The notes: generated from the sequence alone by a model not told the origin. Numbered from the stretch's first letter, positions 28,260-38,232 are shown. The stretch: 64,000 nucleotides of DNA from Candidatus Bilamarchaeaceae archaeon (GCA_038851325.1 JAWCKZ010000001.1:119864-183863), one strand, 5' to 3'. Made by a program: numbers and translations.

Positions 28260-28985
28260 TCAACCGTACATGCTTCCTGATTCTGTTACTGAAGGTCCTT
28301 TTTTTGATATCTTTGAGTGTATTATACTTTCCTTCAGCGCCTTGGCTTCCTTATCGAGCTCAGCTGTGTTTATCTCAACACCTATAAGCTTTGAAAGTGT
28401 TTTCAAAGCTCTGCTCGCTGCCTTAGAATCGAGATACTCTTCTGATGATTCCACAAGAATGGTAATAACTGGAAAGTTGAACACAGAGCCCATGAATAGC
28501 AGCAGACCAGTTACACCTGTTGTTGCCCCTTCCTTTATAGGCTTGGCAATCTTCCTGTCAGCGAGTTCCTTCGTAAGTTCCTTGCTTGATGAGATGACAT
28601 AAACCTCACCCTCCTTCTCCTTGAGCGAGATCCCTCCAAGCGATATTATCTGCCGTGCATTCAAGGACCGTGCAAATGAGTATATACCGTTTGCGAGTTC
28701 ATTCGAAGTAGAGATGGGTATCGACATTTCGGAAAGAATGACAACAAGATTGTATTTCTCGGAATAATGGATACGCGCGGCTGGCATGGGAGTGTAATTA
28801 TGGATCGCTGCGAGGGGGGCAAACTCATCACTCGTTATGTAACCACCAAAGTCAAGTTTTAAAATGTCCACCAAATGAGCAACAGCAACGCTGCCGACAA
28901 GGCCTGTTCCTGGAAACCCTACGATCATGGTAGGTTTTTGGAGCCTTTTCATATTCGCTATTTTATGAAATTCAACTTTTGTCAT
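28260..28985 (-). CDS. PAC2-family proteasome assembly chaperone
   Basis: GFPG.GLVG, ISLGGI and G.TG.LL motifs. Confidence 0.85.
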   Translation of the reverse strand: MTKVEFHKIANMKRLQKPTMIVGFPGTGLVGSVAVAHLVDILKLDFGGYITSDEFAPLAAIHNYTPMPAARIHYSEKYNLVVILSEMSIPISTSNELANGIYSFARSLNARQIISLGGISLKEKEGEVYVISSSKELTKELADRKIAKPIKEGATTGVTGLLLFMGSVFNFPVITILVESSEEYLDSKAASRALKTLSKLIGVEINTAELDKEAKALKESIIHSKISKKGPSVTESGSMYG

Positions 28986-29045
28986 AAAGCTAATTTCAAG
29001 CGCATCCTTTTTATAATTTCCTTCTCCAGATATTATAGGGTATGT

Positions 29046-29906
29046 ATGCTCTTAGAACAGATGCTATTTGAGAATGTTGGCGTGCCAGTGCCGGGCGAGC
29101 TTGTAAGACTTATAGTTGCACTTGCAGGCGTAGCGATCGCAACTTATTACGACGTTTTCAATAGAAAGAATATTCCAGATAAATTCCTGTACGGCTTTCT
29201 TGCAGTGGCGGTGCTTTTAAATCTTGTCTTTTTTGATGCAGACCTACTCATATTTACAATGTGTGTAGCGTTATTCTTTGCTGTTATCGGATATGTTTTC
29301 TACAGAGCGGGTCAAATAGGAGGTGCGGATGTTATAACAATGGTATGTATAGTCCTTCTCGTACCATTTGTGCCATCCTTTGCAAGCATGCCGTTCAGGG
29401 TACCATTCATAATCCCAGTAATTATATTTGGTGGTCTTCTCTTTGCAGTTTACGCAACAGCGAAATTTGGTCTGAAGATTCTTTCAGAAGGCGGGAATCC
29501 AAGAGTAGTATATGGTCTTCTTATAATACCATATCTTATTTTTGCGTATGTCTACGCAACATCGCCCTTATTCTCTCCTACCTACTTTGGTATAATCACA
29601 GTTCTCCTTCTAGCAACGATATTCTTTATGATGTACAAGGATGATATAAATGGTATGCTCGCTGAAGAACTCCCTGTGGAACAACTTGAACCAGAGGATG
29701 TTGTTGCATTTGAACTAATGGATGCTGAACTCGTAAAGAAACTTGATCTGAAAAGGGTGCTGACAGAAGCAGAGATAGAAAAACTTAAACAGGCAAACAT
29801 TGCGAGCATATGGATTTACACCAATCTTCCGCCGTTCCTCCCATTTCTTCTTATGGGCATGCTTCTCGCTATGTTTTTCTCAAACGCACTCTTGTTTGGG
29901 TTATAG
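29046..29906 (+). CDS. A24 prepilin/preflagellin peptidase
   Basis: YYD...IPD, GGAD and C-terminal PPFLPF motifs; multi-TM. Confidence 0.85.
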   Translation: MLLEQMLFENVGVPVPGELVRLIVALAGVAIATYYDVFNRKNIPDKFLYGFLAVAVLLNLVFFDADLLIFTMCVALFFAVIGYVFYRAGQIGGADVITMVCIVLLVPFVPSFASMPFRVPFIIPVIIFGGLLFAVYATAKFGLKILSEGGNPRVVYGLLIIPYLIFAYVYATSPLFSPTYFGIITVLLLATIFFMMYKDDINGMLAEELPVEQLEPEDVVAFELMDAELVKKLDLKRVLTEAEIEKLKQANIASIWIYTNLPPFLPFLLMGMLLAMFFSNALLFGL

Positions 29907-29908
29907 TA

Positions 29909-31093
29909 ATGGATCTGATCGAGCTGCTTAACTATGCACTTGCATTTATGGCTGTGTATGTGGTTATTTTTTACTTTCTCCTTTTATTTATTTATAAGAA
30001 ACAATATGACGAGGAACCGCGAGCAATCAAGTGGACACCAAAAGTCTCAGTTGTAATCCCTGCTTATAACGAAGAAGAGCACATAGAGAAATGCATTCAG
30101 AGTATCCTCTCTCTTGATTACCCTAAGGATAAACTTGAAGTGCTTGTCATAGACGATGGCTCAACAGATAAAACGGCTGAAATTGCAAGAAAATTCGTGA
30201 GCAATGGCGTAAAGGTTTTTAGAAAAGAAAATGGAGGAAAAGGGCGAGCACTCAATTATGGTATCCAAAGAGCTAATGGGGAATTCATTATAACGATGGA
30301 TGCGGATTCCTATGTTTGCCCACACACACTACGTCAACTTTTGCCATACTTCAAAGATAAAGAAGTAATGGCAGTAACACCTGCAATTAAAATAGAACCA
30401 TCCAACTCTTTGATAAAGGAACTCCAGCGAATAGAGTATCTCATGATAATATTTTCAAGAAAACTATTGAGTTTCATAGACGCAGTTCCTGTTACACCTG
30501 GGCCTTTCAGTATGTTCCGCGCAAAGGTGTTTAGAGAGATAGGCGGATTTGACGAAGACAATCTTGTAGAAGACCAAGAGATTGCACTCAGGATGCAAGC
30601 ACACCATTACAAGATAAGAAGCTCTGTGAATGCTGATGTTTATACCAGCCCTCCAACCACATTTTCAGAACTTCTGAGGCAGAGGGTAAGATGGCAGCGT
30701 GGCGGTGTAAGAAACTACTGGAAATACAGGTTTATGATAAGACCAGAATATGGAGATTTCGGAATGTTTTTTATACCATTGAATTTCCTAACTCTTGCTG
30801 CCTTCTTCGTTGTTCTTGGATTAATGATAAATGCAGTCTTCTCGACCCCGTATTACATCAAATATATTTTGATAGAGAGTATAGGACTAAGTATCGATGA
30901 GCTAACAATACCTTTATTTTTCGCTGGCGCAGCATCCGTCGCCTGGCTTTTTTTGGTGATTAAATGTTTTGAGAAGGAAAGGGTGGGGCTTTTGCCTCTT
31001 GCAGTATACTACCTCTTTTACTGGTATCTTATGCTCTGGTATAACCTTATAATGGTTTACCAGGAATTAAAAGGCGAAAAGAAGGCTTGGTAG
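29909..31093 (+). CDS. GT2 processive glycosyltransferase (cellulose synthase/PgaC-like)
   Basis: IPAYNEE, DDGSTD, GK..ALN, DAD, ED and QRVRW motifs. Confidence 0.9.
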   Translation: MDLIELLNYALAFMAVYVVIFYFLLLFIYKKQYDEEPRAIKWTPKVSVVIPAYNEEEHIEKCIQSILSLDYPKDKLEVLVIDDGSTDKTAEIARKFVSNGVKVFRKENGGKGRALNYGIQRANGEFIITMDADSYVCPHTLRQLLPYFKDKEVMAVTPAIKIEPSNSLIKELQRIEYLMIIFSRKLLSFIDAVPVTPGPFSMFRAKVFREIGGFDEDNLVEDQEIALRMQAHHYKIRSSVNADVYTSPPTTFSELLRQRVRWQRGGVRNYWKYRFMIRPEYGDFGMFFIPLNFLTLAAFFVVLGLMINAVFSTPYYIKYILIESIGLSIDELTIPLFFAGAASVAWLFLVIKCFEKERVGLLPLAVYYLFYWYLMLWYNLIMVYQELKGEKKAW

Positions 31094-31135
31094 GATTGCA
31101 AGGATTGCACCTGGCCTGCGAATAGTGGTGGTCTT

Positions 31136-31789
31136 TTGAAAAGGCAGATATCATTTGAGATATACCTGATTGCGTTTATAATCGCGACTGCGATATTCGC
31201 AGTCGGAATTTTTGTCGGCAAAATTCTGGATAACACGAAAATAACCTCTATCTCAAGCCAAGTCAACGGCCTTTCTCAACGCCTTATGACTTTGCAGATA
31301 ATATCACTCATGGAGGAGAACAACTCTGCTTTCTGCTCGGTATACCGCTCAGAGTTTTCCTTCATAGAAAATGAAAGAGAGAAACTCGGTTATGAATTGA
31401 CCTATCTTGAAGAAAAAAAAGAGGTATACGACCCAGAGACAAAAAGGATGTATTTCTTATTGGAAGCACAATCTTATCTTCTTTCGAAGAAACTTAAGGA
31501 CATCTGCGCTGACGAAACAGTGCTGCTGTTATACTTCTACTCAAACGCCAACTGCTCGCGATGTGGGCAGCAAGGTGCTGAAAACTTGGCTGCTAAAGAG
31601 GAAGCCATCAAACAAAACATAAGCGTTAGGATCTACTCCTTCGATGGCGACCTTGGTAGCCCTGTTGTAGACGCATTCAAAATGCAGTATAACGTGAAAG
31701 CCTACCCAACACTCGTAATAAACGGGGTTTCCTATCCTGGCGAGATGAAGAAGGAGCAAATTCTGGAGGCAATAAAAAATGCAGATTGA
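31136..31789 (+). CDS. membrane-anchored thioredoxin-fold protein
   Basis: N-terminal TM helix, YFYS..CSRC, YNV..YPTLVING. Confidence 0.7.
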   Translation: MKRQISFEIYLIAFIIATAIFAVGIFVGKILDNTKITSISSQVNGLSQRLMTLQIISLMEENNSAFCSVYRSEFSFIENEREKLGYELTYLEEKKEVYDPETKRMYFLLEAQSYLLSKKLKDICADETVLLLYFYSNANCSRCGQQGAENLAAKEEAIKQNISVRIYSFDGDLGSPVVDAFKMQYNVKAYPTLVINGVSYPGEMKKEQILEAIKNAD

Positions 31790-32027
31790 GATAACCGTTG
31801 TTCCAAATTCACCGAGATTTAAGATTGTCAAGAAAGGCGAAGATATCAAGGTTTATGTAAGAGCTCAGCCTGAGAAAAACAGAGCGAACGCAGAACTCAT
31901 AAAAGAATTCGAATCTCTTTTCGGTAGACCGGTGCGAATCGTGTCAGGAATGACGTCCAGGAGAAAAACTATAGAGATCCCGGTAAGCGAAAGCGAATTT
32001 GAGAAATGCTTATCTAAAATTTCATGA
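31779..32027 (+). CDS. DUF167/YggU (UPF0235) family protein
   Basis: V.PNS, V.AQPE.NRAN.EL and SG.TSR.K motifs. Confidence 0.88.
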   Translation: MQIEITVVPNSPRFKIVKKGEDIKVYVRAQPEKNRANAELIKEFESLFGRPVRIVSGMTSRRKTIEIPVSESEFEKCLSKIS

Positions 32028-32065
32028 ATAACCACAACCAATTAAAATTTAATGGAGAATAAATA

Positions 32066-32875
32066 ATGTTTATGGAAACAACGGTTTCCCGCTTCAGATA
32101 TAAGGGCAAGATGTACAAGGTGGAGACACCGCTAAGAAGACAGAATGTTGGAAGACTTCTCCAGCGATGGCTTTGTGATGACATTGCTATAAGAGTAAGC
32201 GCGATAGACCTGTGCGGGCCGTCCAGGGGAGAAAGAATGATAAAGCGAGTAGATGGATACACGATAAAAGAATCAGAGAACGCAGAGGCGGAGTTCAGAA
32301 CAACGCTCAGAGCGGAGGAGATAACAGATTTAACGCCGATGGCTGGTGGCCTTCTGCTGGAGGAGGGAAGTAAGCATGGCTTTGTATCAGTGCAGTTCTT
32401 TGATGGAATACCGGTTGTAAACATAAACACATCCACGTTGCAGAGAAGGGATAAAGAGAGCATCACCAAGGCTGTTCTGTTCAGTATGGGAAGGCTTCAT
32501 ATCGGCGATAGGAAAAATAGCATTCTTCATCGGGATGCGCACTTAGGAAATTTTATAATAATCCCTAATCCGGACGACAATGAATTGCTCACAAGAACTA
32601 CCAAAAGAGCAGAGATACGAATTGTGGACCTTGAAAAGGCCCTTATCGCGCAATTTAATAAGAAATTGCTTGAACCCATGGCTTACGACCTTCTTCGTGC
32701 GATTAATCAGTTGATATGGGATGGCTTTCTTCAAAAGGATGAGGTCTTAAACTTCCTTGATTCGTATCTTGAGGGGAATACTCGCTTTGATAGAAAAGAA
32801 GTCGTTAGCATGCTAAAAGAAAGTATTCCAAAACACCCAAAACTTAAGGCAGTGCAGGAACTGAAGATGCTCTAA
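32066..32875 (+). CDS. protein-kinase-like fold protein (Kdo/WaaP/RIO-like)
   Basis: LH..HRDAHLGN catalytic loop and IVDLE motif. Confidence 0.65.
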   Translation: MFMETTVSRFRYKGKMYKVETPLRRQNVGRLLQRWLCDDIAIRVSAIDLCGPSRGERMIKRVDGYTIKESENAEAEFRTTLRAEEITDLTPMAGGLLLEEGSKHGFVSVQFFDGIPVVNINTSTLQRRDKESITKAVLFSMGRLHIGDRKNSILHRDAHLGNFIIIPNPDDNELLTRTTKRAEIRIVDLEKALIAQFNKKLLEPMAYDLLRAINQLIWDGFLQKDEVLNFLDSYLEGNTRFDRKEVVSMLKESIPKHPKLKAVQELKML

Positions 32876-32963
32876 AACAGATAAATATAGGTTTAAAGCG
32901 TTTTCGCTCTAAATAATGAAAAAAAAAGACCAGTTAGTTTATTCTGTTTAAGATGGTGATACG

Positions 32964-33158
32964 ATGGAAAAAAAGAAACAATTAGCTAAGAATCCAGCGG
33001 AGGATTACGGAAAAAGGCAAGGGTACAAAACTAGGCTTGACGGATGCCATTGCTACCGCATCTTTGTGCAAGATCTTGAAAAAAAGATGTCTGCAACGAA
33101 TGTAAGCAGATACGCAGAGGAAAGGAAAAATCCTTTTTGCAGGATGTGCCCGCTCTAG
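32964..33158 (+). CDS. small Cys-rich hypothetical protein
   Basis: GGTGA RBS upstream; CHC and CRMC motifs. Confidence 0.6.
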   Translation: MEKKKQLAKNPAEDYGKRQGYKTRLDGCHCYRIFVQDLEKKMSATNVSRYAEERKNPFCRMCPL

Positions 33159-33266
33159 TTCCTGGCTTAGTTTTTGCTTTTTTCTTTGTAAAAGTTTAAA
33201 AAATACCACCAACAACCTCACAAGATTTTCATTTTATTCCTTTCGACTCCAACGAACGAAGAAAAT

Positions 33267-33410
33267 TTGAGAGTTGAGATAGCTCAGCTAAGGCAGCAGT
33301 TGGCGAGGGCGTTGAAGAGGGTATTTCAGCTGGCAAAGGAAGATGAAAAGCTGCAGGCAGCTCAGGCAATTCCTCAACGAAAATACTCCTTCGAAAATTT
33401 CTTTCGATAA
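33267..33410 (+). CDS. possible short coiled-coil ORF or gene remnant
   Basis: TTG start; LRVEIAQLRQQLARALKRVFQLAKEDEKL heptad pattern; weak start signals. Confidence 0.3.
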   Translation: MRVEIAQLRQQLARALKRVFQLAKEDEKLQAAQAIPQRKYSFENFFR

Positions 33411-33440
33411 TATTTTATTTCTCCTCGACGATTATTAGTC

Positions 33441-35972
33441 ATGATGACATCCGAGACTCTTATAGTAGAGCGGTTCGGCTCGCTCACAGAAATTCAGAAA
33501 AAGGCAATACCAGTGATAGCAGAAGGAGCGAATGCGCTTCTAATTGCACCAACCGGACATGGTAAAACAGAGGCTGCTCTTCTTCCAGTGCTAGAAGGAA
33601 TAAAGGAAAAGCCCGGCATTTCTGCGCTCTATATCACGCCGTTAAGAAGCCTAAACCGTGACCTCCTTTCAAGATTCCATTACTGGTGTGAAAAGCTTGC
33701 GATAACAAGAGATATACGCCACGGTGATACTCCTCAATCTGCAAGGACGCGGCACAGAAGAAAACCACCGCAGATAGTGCTGACAACAATAGAAAGCCTC
33801 CAGGCACTCCTCGTCGCTCCTGTTATGCGCTCGCATCTTAAGAATGTGAGATATGTCATAGTGGACGAGGTCCATGATATATTGGATAACAAGAGGGGAG
33901 CGCAACTCTCGCTATCACTCGAAAGGCTTGAAGAGATAGCTAATTTTAAAAGAGTAGGAATCAGCGCTACCCTTCCAAACCCTCATGAGGCCGCAGCGCT
34001 GCTATTTGGAGATAGAGATTATAAAGTAATCGAAGGAGGCCGCGCAAGAGAGATGGAAATAAAGATTGAATATTTATCTGATAAAGAAAAGCGACTTGAA
34101 AGACTTAAGGAGCTCGCAGAAGCTAACCGTGCGCTCATATTTGTGAACACAAGAAGTACAGCAGAAGAGATAGGCGCGTGGCTCAAGGAGAAGGGCGCTC
34201 CCATAGAAGTTCATCATGGCTCCCTTTCAAAGGAGGTCAGAATAGCTGCAGAAGACCGCTTCAAAAGTGGCGAGATAAAATCTCTACTCTGTACGTCCTC
34301 CCTTGAGCTTGGGATAGATGTTGGGGACGTAGATCTTGTGGTACAATACGGCTCTCCTCATCAAGTATTCCGTCTCATTCAAAGGGTTGGACGCTCAGGC
34401 CACAGCACTGGCAGGATACCAAAAGGTACCATTCTTCCTGTCGATTTTGACGATTTGTTAGAGTCGGAGGCGCTTGTTTCCTTGATGAACAACGGCTGGA
34501 TGGAAAAGAAAATCATTGAAAAAGGCGCATTGGATGTAATTGCGCACCAGCTCGTAGGCATCCTATTAGAACGATATACTACAAGGATAGAGGATATCCA
34601 TAAGATCTTGTCTAGATCAGCAGCATATGGAATCTCCCTTGAAAAGCTAAGAGCGATAGTCCTTCAACTGTACGCAGAAGGTCTTCTATTTATTAATAAG
34701 GACGAAGCCCTTAGAGCAAGAAGAAGGGCCAGGAAATATTATTACTCATACCTTAGCACAATACCAAAGACAAAGCGTTTTTTGCTTAGAGATTCCTCCT
34801 CGAATAGAGCCATTGCATCATTGGACGAGGATTTTGTTGCAAGCCTCAACATAGGAGATGAATTTCTTGCAAAGGGTCAGGTATGGGAGGTTCTTGATGT
34901 AACAGATGAGGAAGTACTTGCCACACCAGGCTCAGGACTTGATATAACCGTTCCATCGTGGGTTGGAGAGGACATACCAGTTGCAAGAGAAGTGGCCGAG
35001 GCTGTCGGGGTACTGAGAAGAAATGAAAGAAAGGAGGGTATGCTTCCGGATGATAAGAACATTGTAATGGAGGTGGTGAATGACCTCGTAGTAATTCATT
35101 CGTGTTTTGGAAGCAGAATAAATGAGACTATAGCAAGAGCCTTTGCGCATCGCCTCTCTGAGTACATAGGAGAGAGTGTGAGGACAGCAGCAGACCCTTA
35201 TAGGGTAATGATAAAATGTCCATTTCCAATAAAAGGGAAAAAGCTTCTTGAAGTGTTTTCAAATCTTCGTGATGTCCGCACAACTGTGGAGCAAAGCCTT
35301 AGAAACTCGATGTTACTCAGGATGAAGTTCACGCATGTCGCACGAATGTTTGGGCTTGTTGAAGAGGATGCCATGGCCAACCAAAAGTTTATAGACGCCC
35401 TACGCTATTCTGTTGTTTACGAAGAAGCGGTTCGCTCCATCACATTTAGATACTTCGATGTAAAAGGCGCGGCGGAACTACTTGAAAAAACCCGTAAGGG
35501 AGAAAAAAAACTTATCTTAGATGAAAGAAAAGAACCAAGCTTCTTCGCTACGATAGGACTAACGCGGGTATCAGCAAAGGAAGCTGTGGGAATGTTTGAA
35601 CCAAGGGAGCGGATGATCGCTGCGCTTAAGGAGAAGGTTCTTTCAAGAGCAGAAGAGCTCGTCTGCCTAAACTGCGGTGCTACTAGATATCTTTATCTGG
35701 CAAGTGCCACTGATAATGATCTTAAATGCTCAAGATGCGGAGAGAGAGCGCTCGCACCCAAACATGGGAGAGAAGAAGAAAGCGAGCATGCAGCTGCTCT
35801 CATAAGAAACTACGGCAAAAGAGCGCTGATTGCGCTCTCAATCTATGGAATTGGACCTGCCACTGCAGAGAGGATACTTGCAAAGTTGCACAGAGATGAA
35901 AACTCTTTTTATTTGGATCTAATAAACGCCCAGAAAATGTTTGTCAAAACCAAGAAATACTGGAAAGCATGA
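33441..35972 (+). CDS. lhr: Lhr-family DEAD/H helicase
   Basis: APTGHGKT, DEVH, SAT, HHGSL, SSLELGID and QRVGRSGH motifs; C-terminal Zn finger. Confidence 0.92.
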   Translation: MMTSETLIVERFGSLTEIQKKAIPVIAEGANALLIAPTGHGKTEAALLPVLEGIKEKPGISALYITPLRSLNRDLLSRFHYWCEKLAITRDIRHGDTPQSARTRHRRKPPQIVLTTIESLQALLVAPVMRSHLKNVRYVIVDEVHDILDNKRGAQLSLSLERLEEIANFKRVGISATLPNPHEAAALLFGDRDYKVIEGGRAREMEIKIEYLSDKEKRLERLKELAEANRALIFVNTRSTAEEIGAWLKEKGAPIEVHHGSLSKEVRIAAEDRFKSGEIKSLLCTSSLELGIDVGDVDLVVQYGSPHQVFRLIQRVGRSGHSTGRIPKGTILPVDFDDLLESEALVSLMNNGWMEKKIIEKGALDVIAHQLVGILLERYTTRIEDIHKILSRSAAYGISLEKLRAIVLQLYAEGLLFINKDEALRARRRARKYYYSYLSTIPKTKRFLLRDSSSNRAIASLDEDFVASLNIGDEFLAKGQVWEVLDVTDEEVLATPGSGLDITVPSWVGEDIPVAREVAEAVGVLRRNERKEGMLPDDKNIVMEVVNDLVVIHSCFGSRINETIARAFAHRLSEYIGESVRTAADPYRVMIKCPFPIKGKKLLEVFSNLRDVRTTVEQSLRNSMLLRMKFTHVARMFGLVEEDAMANQKFIDALRYSVVYEEAVRSITFRYFDVKGAAELLEKTRKGEKKLILDERKEPSFFATIGLTRVSAKEAVGMFEPRERMIAALKEKVLSRAEELVCLNCGATRYLYLASATDNDLKCSRCGERALAPKHGREEESEHAAALIRNYGKRALIALSIYGIGPATAERILAKLHRDENSFYLDLINAQKMFVKTKKYWKA

Positions 35973-36027
35973 GGAGCGAAAACGAAAAATTTAAAGAGCA
36001 TAGATAATAATTAAAAGCGGTGAGGTG

Positions 36028-37326
36028 ATGACAAATCTGCAAAAATTACTCTTGGCTTTAGCATTCGTGATCTCTATTACTCTCATAGCATTCGTTATCA
36101 GTTCTCAACAAACTGAAAAGGAAGACGACAAGTTCAAAGAAGAAAGAGAAATAATAAATTTTTCAATAAGGTTCGGAAAAGGAGTGGATAATTACACTTA
36201 TGGCTTTATAGAGGTTTATAATGGATATCCGGAAGCATTTAAGCTCGTGAAAAATGGGAAGATGAGGTATGCAGAAGTAGACGACCTCATAAGCTTAAAA
36301 AGACTTTATCTGTTTGAGAATGATACCATACTCTGCGTTGATTACATGGACAGGAGTGTGTGCTCCTCCATAATCAATGAAAGCGACAGGCTTGGATACA
36401 AAGGTTTTATCCTAAAAAAATTCTTTAATGACGAAAGAATTGTAGAAGAGGAACGTCTCTACAGCGCACTCTTTGATGGTGGTCACATAATAATAAAAGG
36501 AGTAAGCAATGCAACTGTAGACGGCCACCCGTGCAAGATGGTAGAGTATACCATAGATTACGCAAATGTTACGGCCGCTGAGGCGTCAAGACTTGGCATA
36601 ATACTATCGCCAACTCACCCAAAACACTTTGAATGGAAGGTGTGTGCGGATGACAGAATGGTGTATTATAAATACTTCAATTATACCTATCTTGGAAAAC
36701 CAACAGAATTTGAGATAAAGATAACGACCTATGGCTCTCCATCAGAAATAGTTCCGCCCGAAGACCTAAGTAAGGGAGCATACGACCTCCTCCTTGAGGA
36801 AAATGAGCGCAGAAGCGAGTTGATAGGCTGTTTTGAAGGTGAAGAAAGGGACAGGTGCGTAGCAATGATTGCTCTAAACCTAATGAACGCTCGACTGTGT
36901 GAGTATGCCGGAGAGAGAAGGGATAGATGCCTTGTGAGCATAGTGCCGTTCAGGCTCGACGAGGGAATATGCGACAAAATAGTGGACCAGTCGTTTAAGG
37001 ATGATTGCTACATCGAGCTCGCTGGTGGGAAGAAAAATAGCACCTACTGCGCGAGGATAGCGAATTCAAGCAAGATAGAATTCTGTATGAACGTCTCGAG
37101 GGAGGAACAGACATCAGAAATAGCAAATCCGGCAGCAACGAATTGCGCAAACAAAGGATATCAATATGAAATAAGAACAGACGCAGAAGGAGGGCAGTAT
37201 GGAGTATGTATTTATGAAGGCAAAGAATGCGATGAGTGGGCACTTTTCAGGGGAGAGTGCTGCCTTACAAATGCTGATTGCAAAGAAGGAGAGAGCTGCG
37301 CTGATAATAGATGTGTTATCCAGTAA
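36028..37326 (+). CDS. membrane-anchored Cys-rich surface protein with C-terminal DUF333-like domain
   Basis: N-terminal TM, C..I....D.C repeats, ANPA..NC...G...G.C....CDEWALFRGEC. Confidence 0.7.
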   Translation: MTNLQKLLLALAFVISITLIAFVISSQQTEKEDDKFKEEREIINFSIRFGKGVDNYTYGFIEVYNGYPEAFKLVKNGKMRYAEVDDLISLKRLYLFENDTILCVDYMDRSVCSSIINESDRLGYKGFILKKFFNDERIVEEERLYSALFDGGHIIIKGVSNATVDGHPCKMVEYTIDYANVTAAEASRLGIILSPTHPKHFEWKVCADDRMVYYKYFNYTYLGKPTEFEIKITTYGSPSEIVPPEDLSKGAYDLLLEENERRSELIGCFEGEERDRCVAMIALNLMNARLCEYAGERRDRCLVSIVPFRLDEGICDKIVDQSFKDDCYIELAGGKKNSTYCARIANSSKIEFCMNVSREEQTSEIANPAATNCANKGYQYEIRTDAEGGQYGVCIYEGKECDEWALFRGECCLTNADCKEGESCADNRCVIQ

Positions 37327-37346
37327 ATAAGGACAAACTTGAAAAA

Positions 37347-37725
37347 CGGGCCCAGAGGGATTTTCACCATCCTGAGAACTATCTCAGGGTTTGGGTAAGC
37401 CCTGGCCTTTGCCCTTAAAAGAGTAGCAATAAACACAGTTCATTGCGCCCCTTGAACGAAACGTCGTTCAAGCGGGAAGCCAAAGGCTTGGGTTTGAACC
37501 CTCGACACACGGATTTCAGCCACCCGCTTCTTTTATGAAGGCAAACGGTTTTCTTTTCCGATAGCCTACCGTTTTTCTTTTCCAAAAGAAAAGGGGGTGG
37601 TAAGAGTCCGTCGCTCTACCATTTCAGGAAACCGTTGACTTAGTTCACCTCAGGGCTTTGGGTGAGCGTAAGCCTTTGCCCTAAAAAGGACATAAGTCAA
37701 AGGCTTCGAGCTGAGCTATGGGCCC
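37347..37725 (-). tRNA. tRNA-Lys(CTT) with three long introns (37622-37708 at 17/17a, 87 nt; 37515-37600 at 37/38, 86 nt; 37361-37492 at 59/60, 132 nt)
   Basis: Spliced: GGGCCCATAGCTCAGCTTGGTAGAGCGACGGACTCTTAATCCGTGTGTCGAGGGTTCAAATCCCTCTGGGCCCG (74 nt); BHB helices TCAG/CTGA and TTCA/TGAA. Confidence 0.9.
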
Positions 37726-37807
37726 GCGCAATTATAGGCTAGTTGCCTATAAATAACCACACCATTACTATCTATTACGATTTTTAATTCTTCTGTCATT
37801 TTATCAA

Positions 37808-37842
37808 CGAGCCTGCTGCAGATTATCCAGCGGAATACAGAA
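37808..37842 (+). repeat. dispersed repeat copy 1
   Basis: CGAGCCTGCTGCAGATTATCCAGCGGAATACAGAA; 31/35 identical to 63210-63244. Confidence 0.85.
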
Positions 37843-37852
37843 CATACTTTTT

Positions 37853-38232
37853 TTGGTCCTGAGGGGAAGGAGACGGATAGGAAAGACAACGCTTGTGCTG
37901 AAAGCGATTCCGGATGCATTCTATTTTTTTGTCTGGCCAAACAAATCCTTGGAGTGGATACTCGAGGAAACCTGCAGGCTATACAACCTGCCAAAATTCA
38001 TCCGTTTTGGGGATATTGTGAATCATGTGCTCGACCAGGGCAGCGTAATTTTTTTGATGAATTCCAGAATTTTTTATCAGTTGAAAAATCAGTCTATGGC
38101 GAACTTCAGCGTTTATTGGATGAACGCAAACACCGTGGAAAGCCGGTAAGCTGCTTTGACCTGAACGACCTGGAAAAAATGCTGAGAGAAGGACGCCGAA
38201 AGCAGAGGATTACTTCTGGGAAACAAATTTAA
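37853..38232 (+). pseudogene. frameshifted, internally deleted archaeal ATPase (AAA/DUF234-associated family)
   Basis: Walker A GRRRIGKTTL in one frame, Walker B FFDEFQN in another, with the shift at a T7 run (38049-38055). Confidence 0.8.

Noticed and set aside
37622..37708. c-di-GMP-I riboswitch (GGCAAA...CAAAGC resemblance in the intron module)
   Set aside because: Only superficial: lacks the GNRA tetraloop/receptor and second-stem consensus, and sits in a tRNA intron rather than an mRNA leader
37212..37994. ORFs 37212-37436 and 37716-37994
   Set aside because: They overlap tRNA-Lys or lie antisense to the ATPase pseudogene; no protein features
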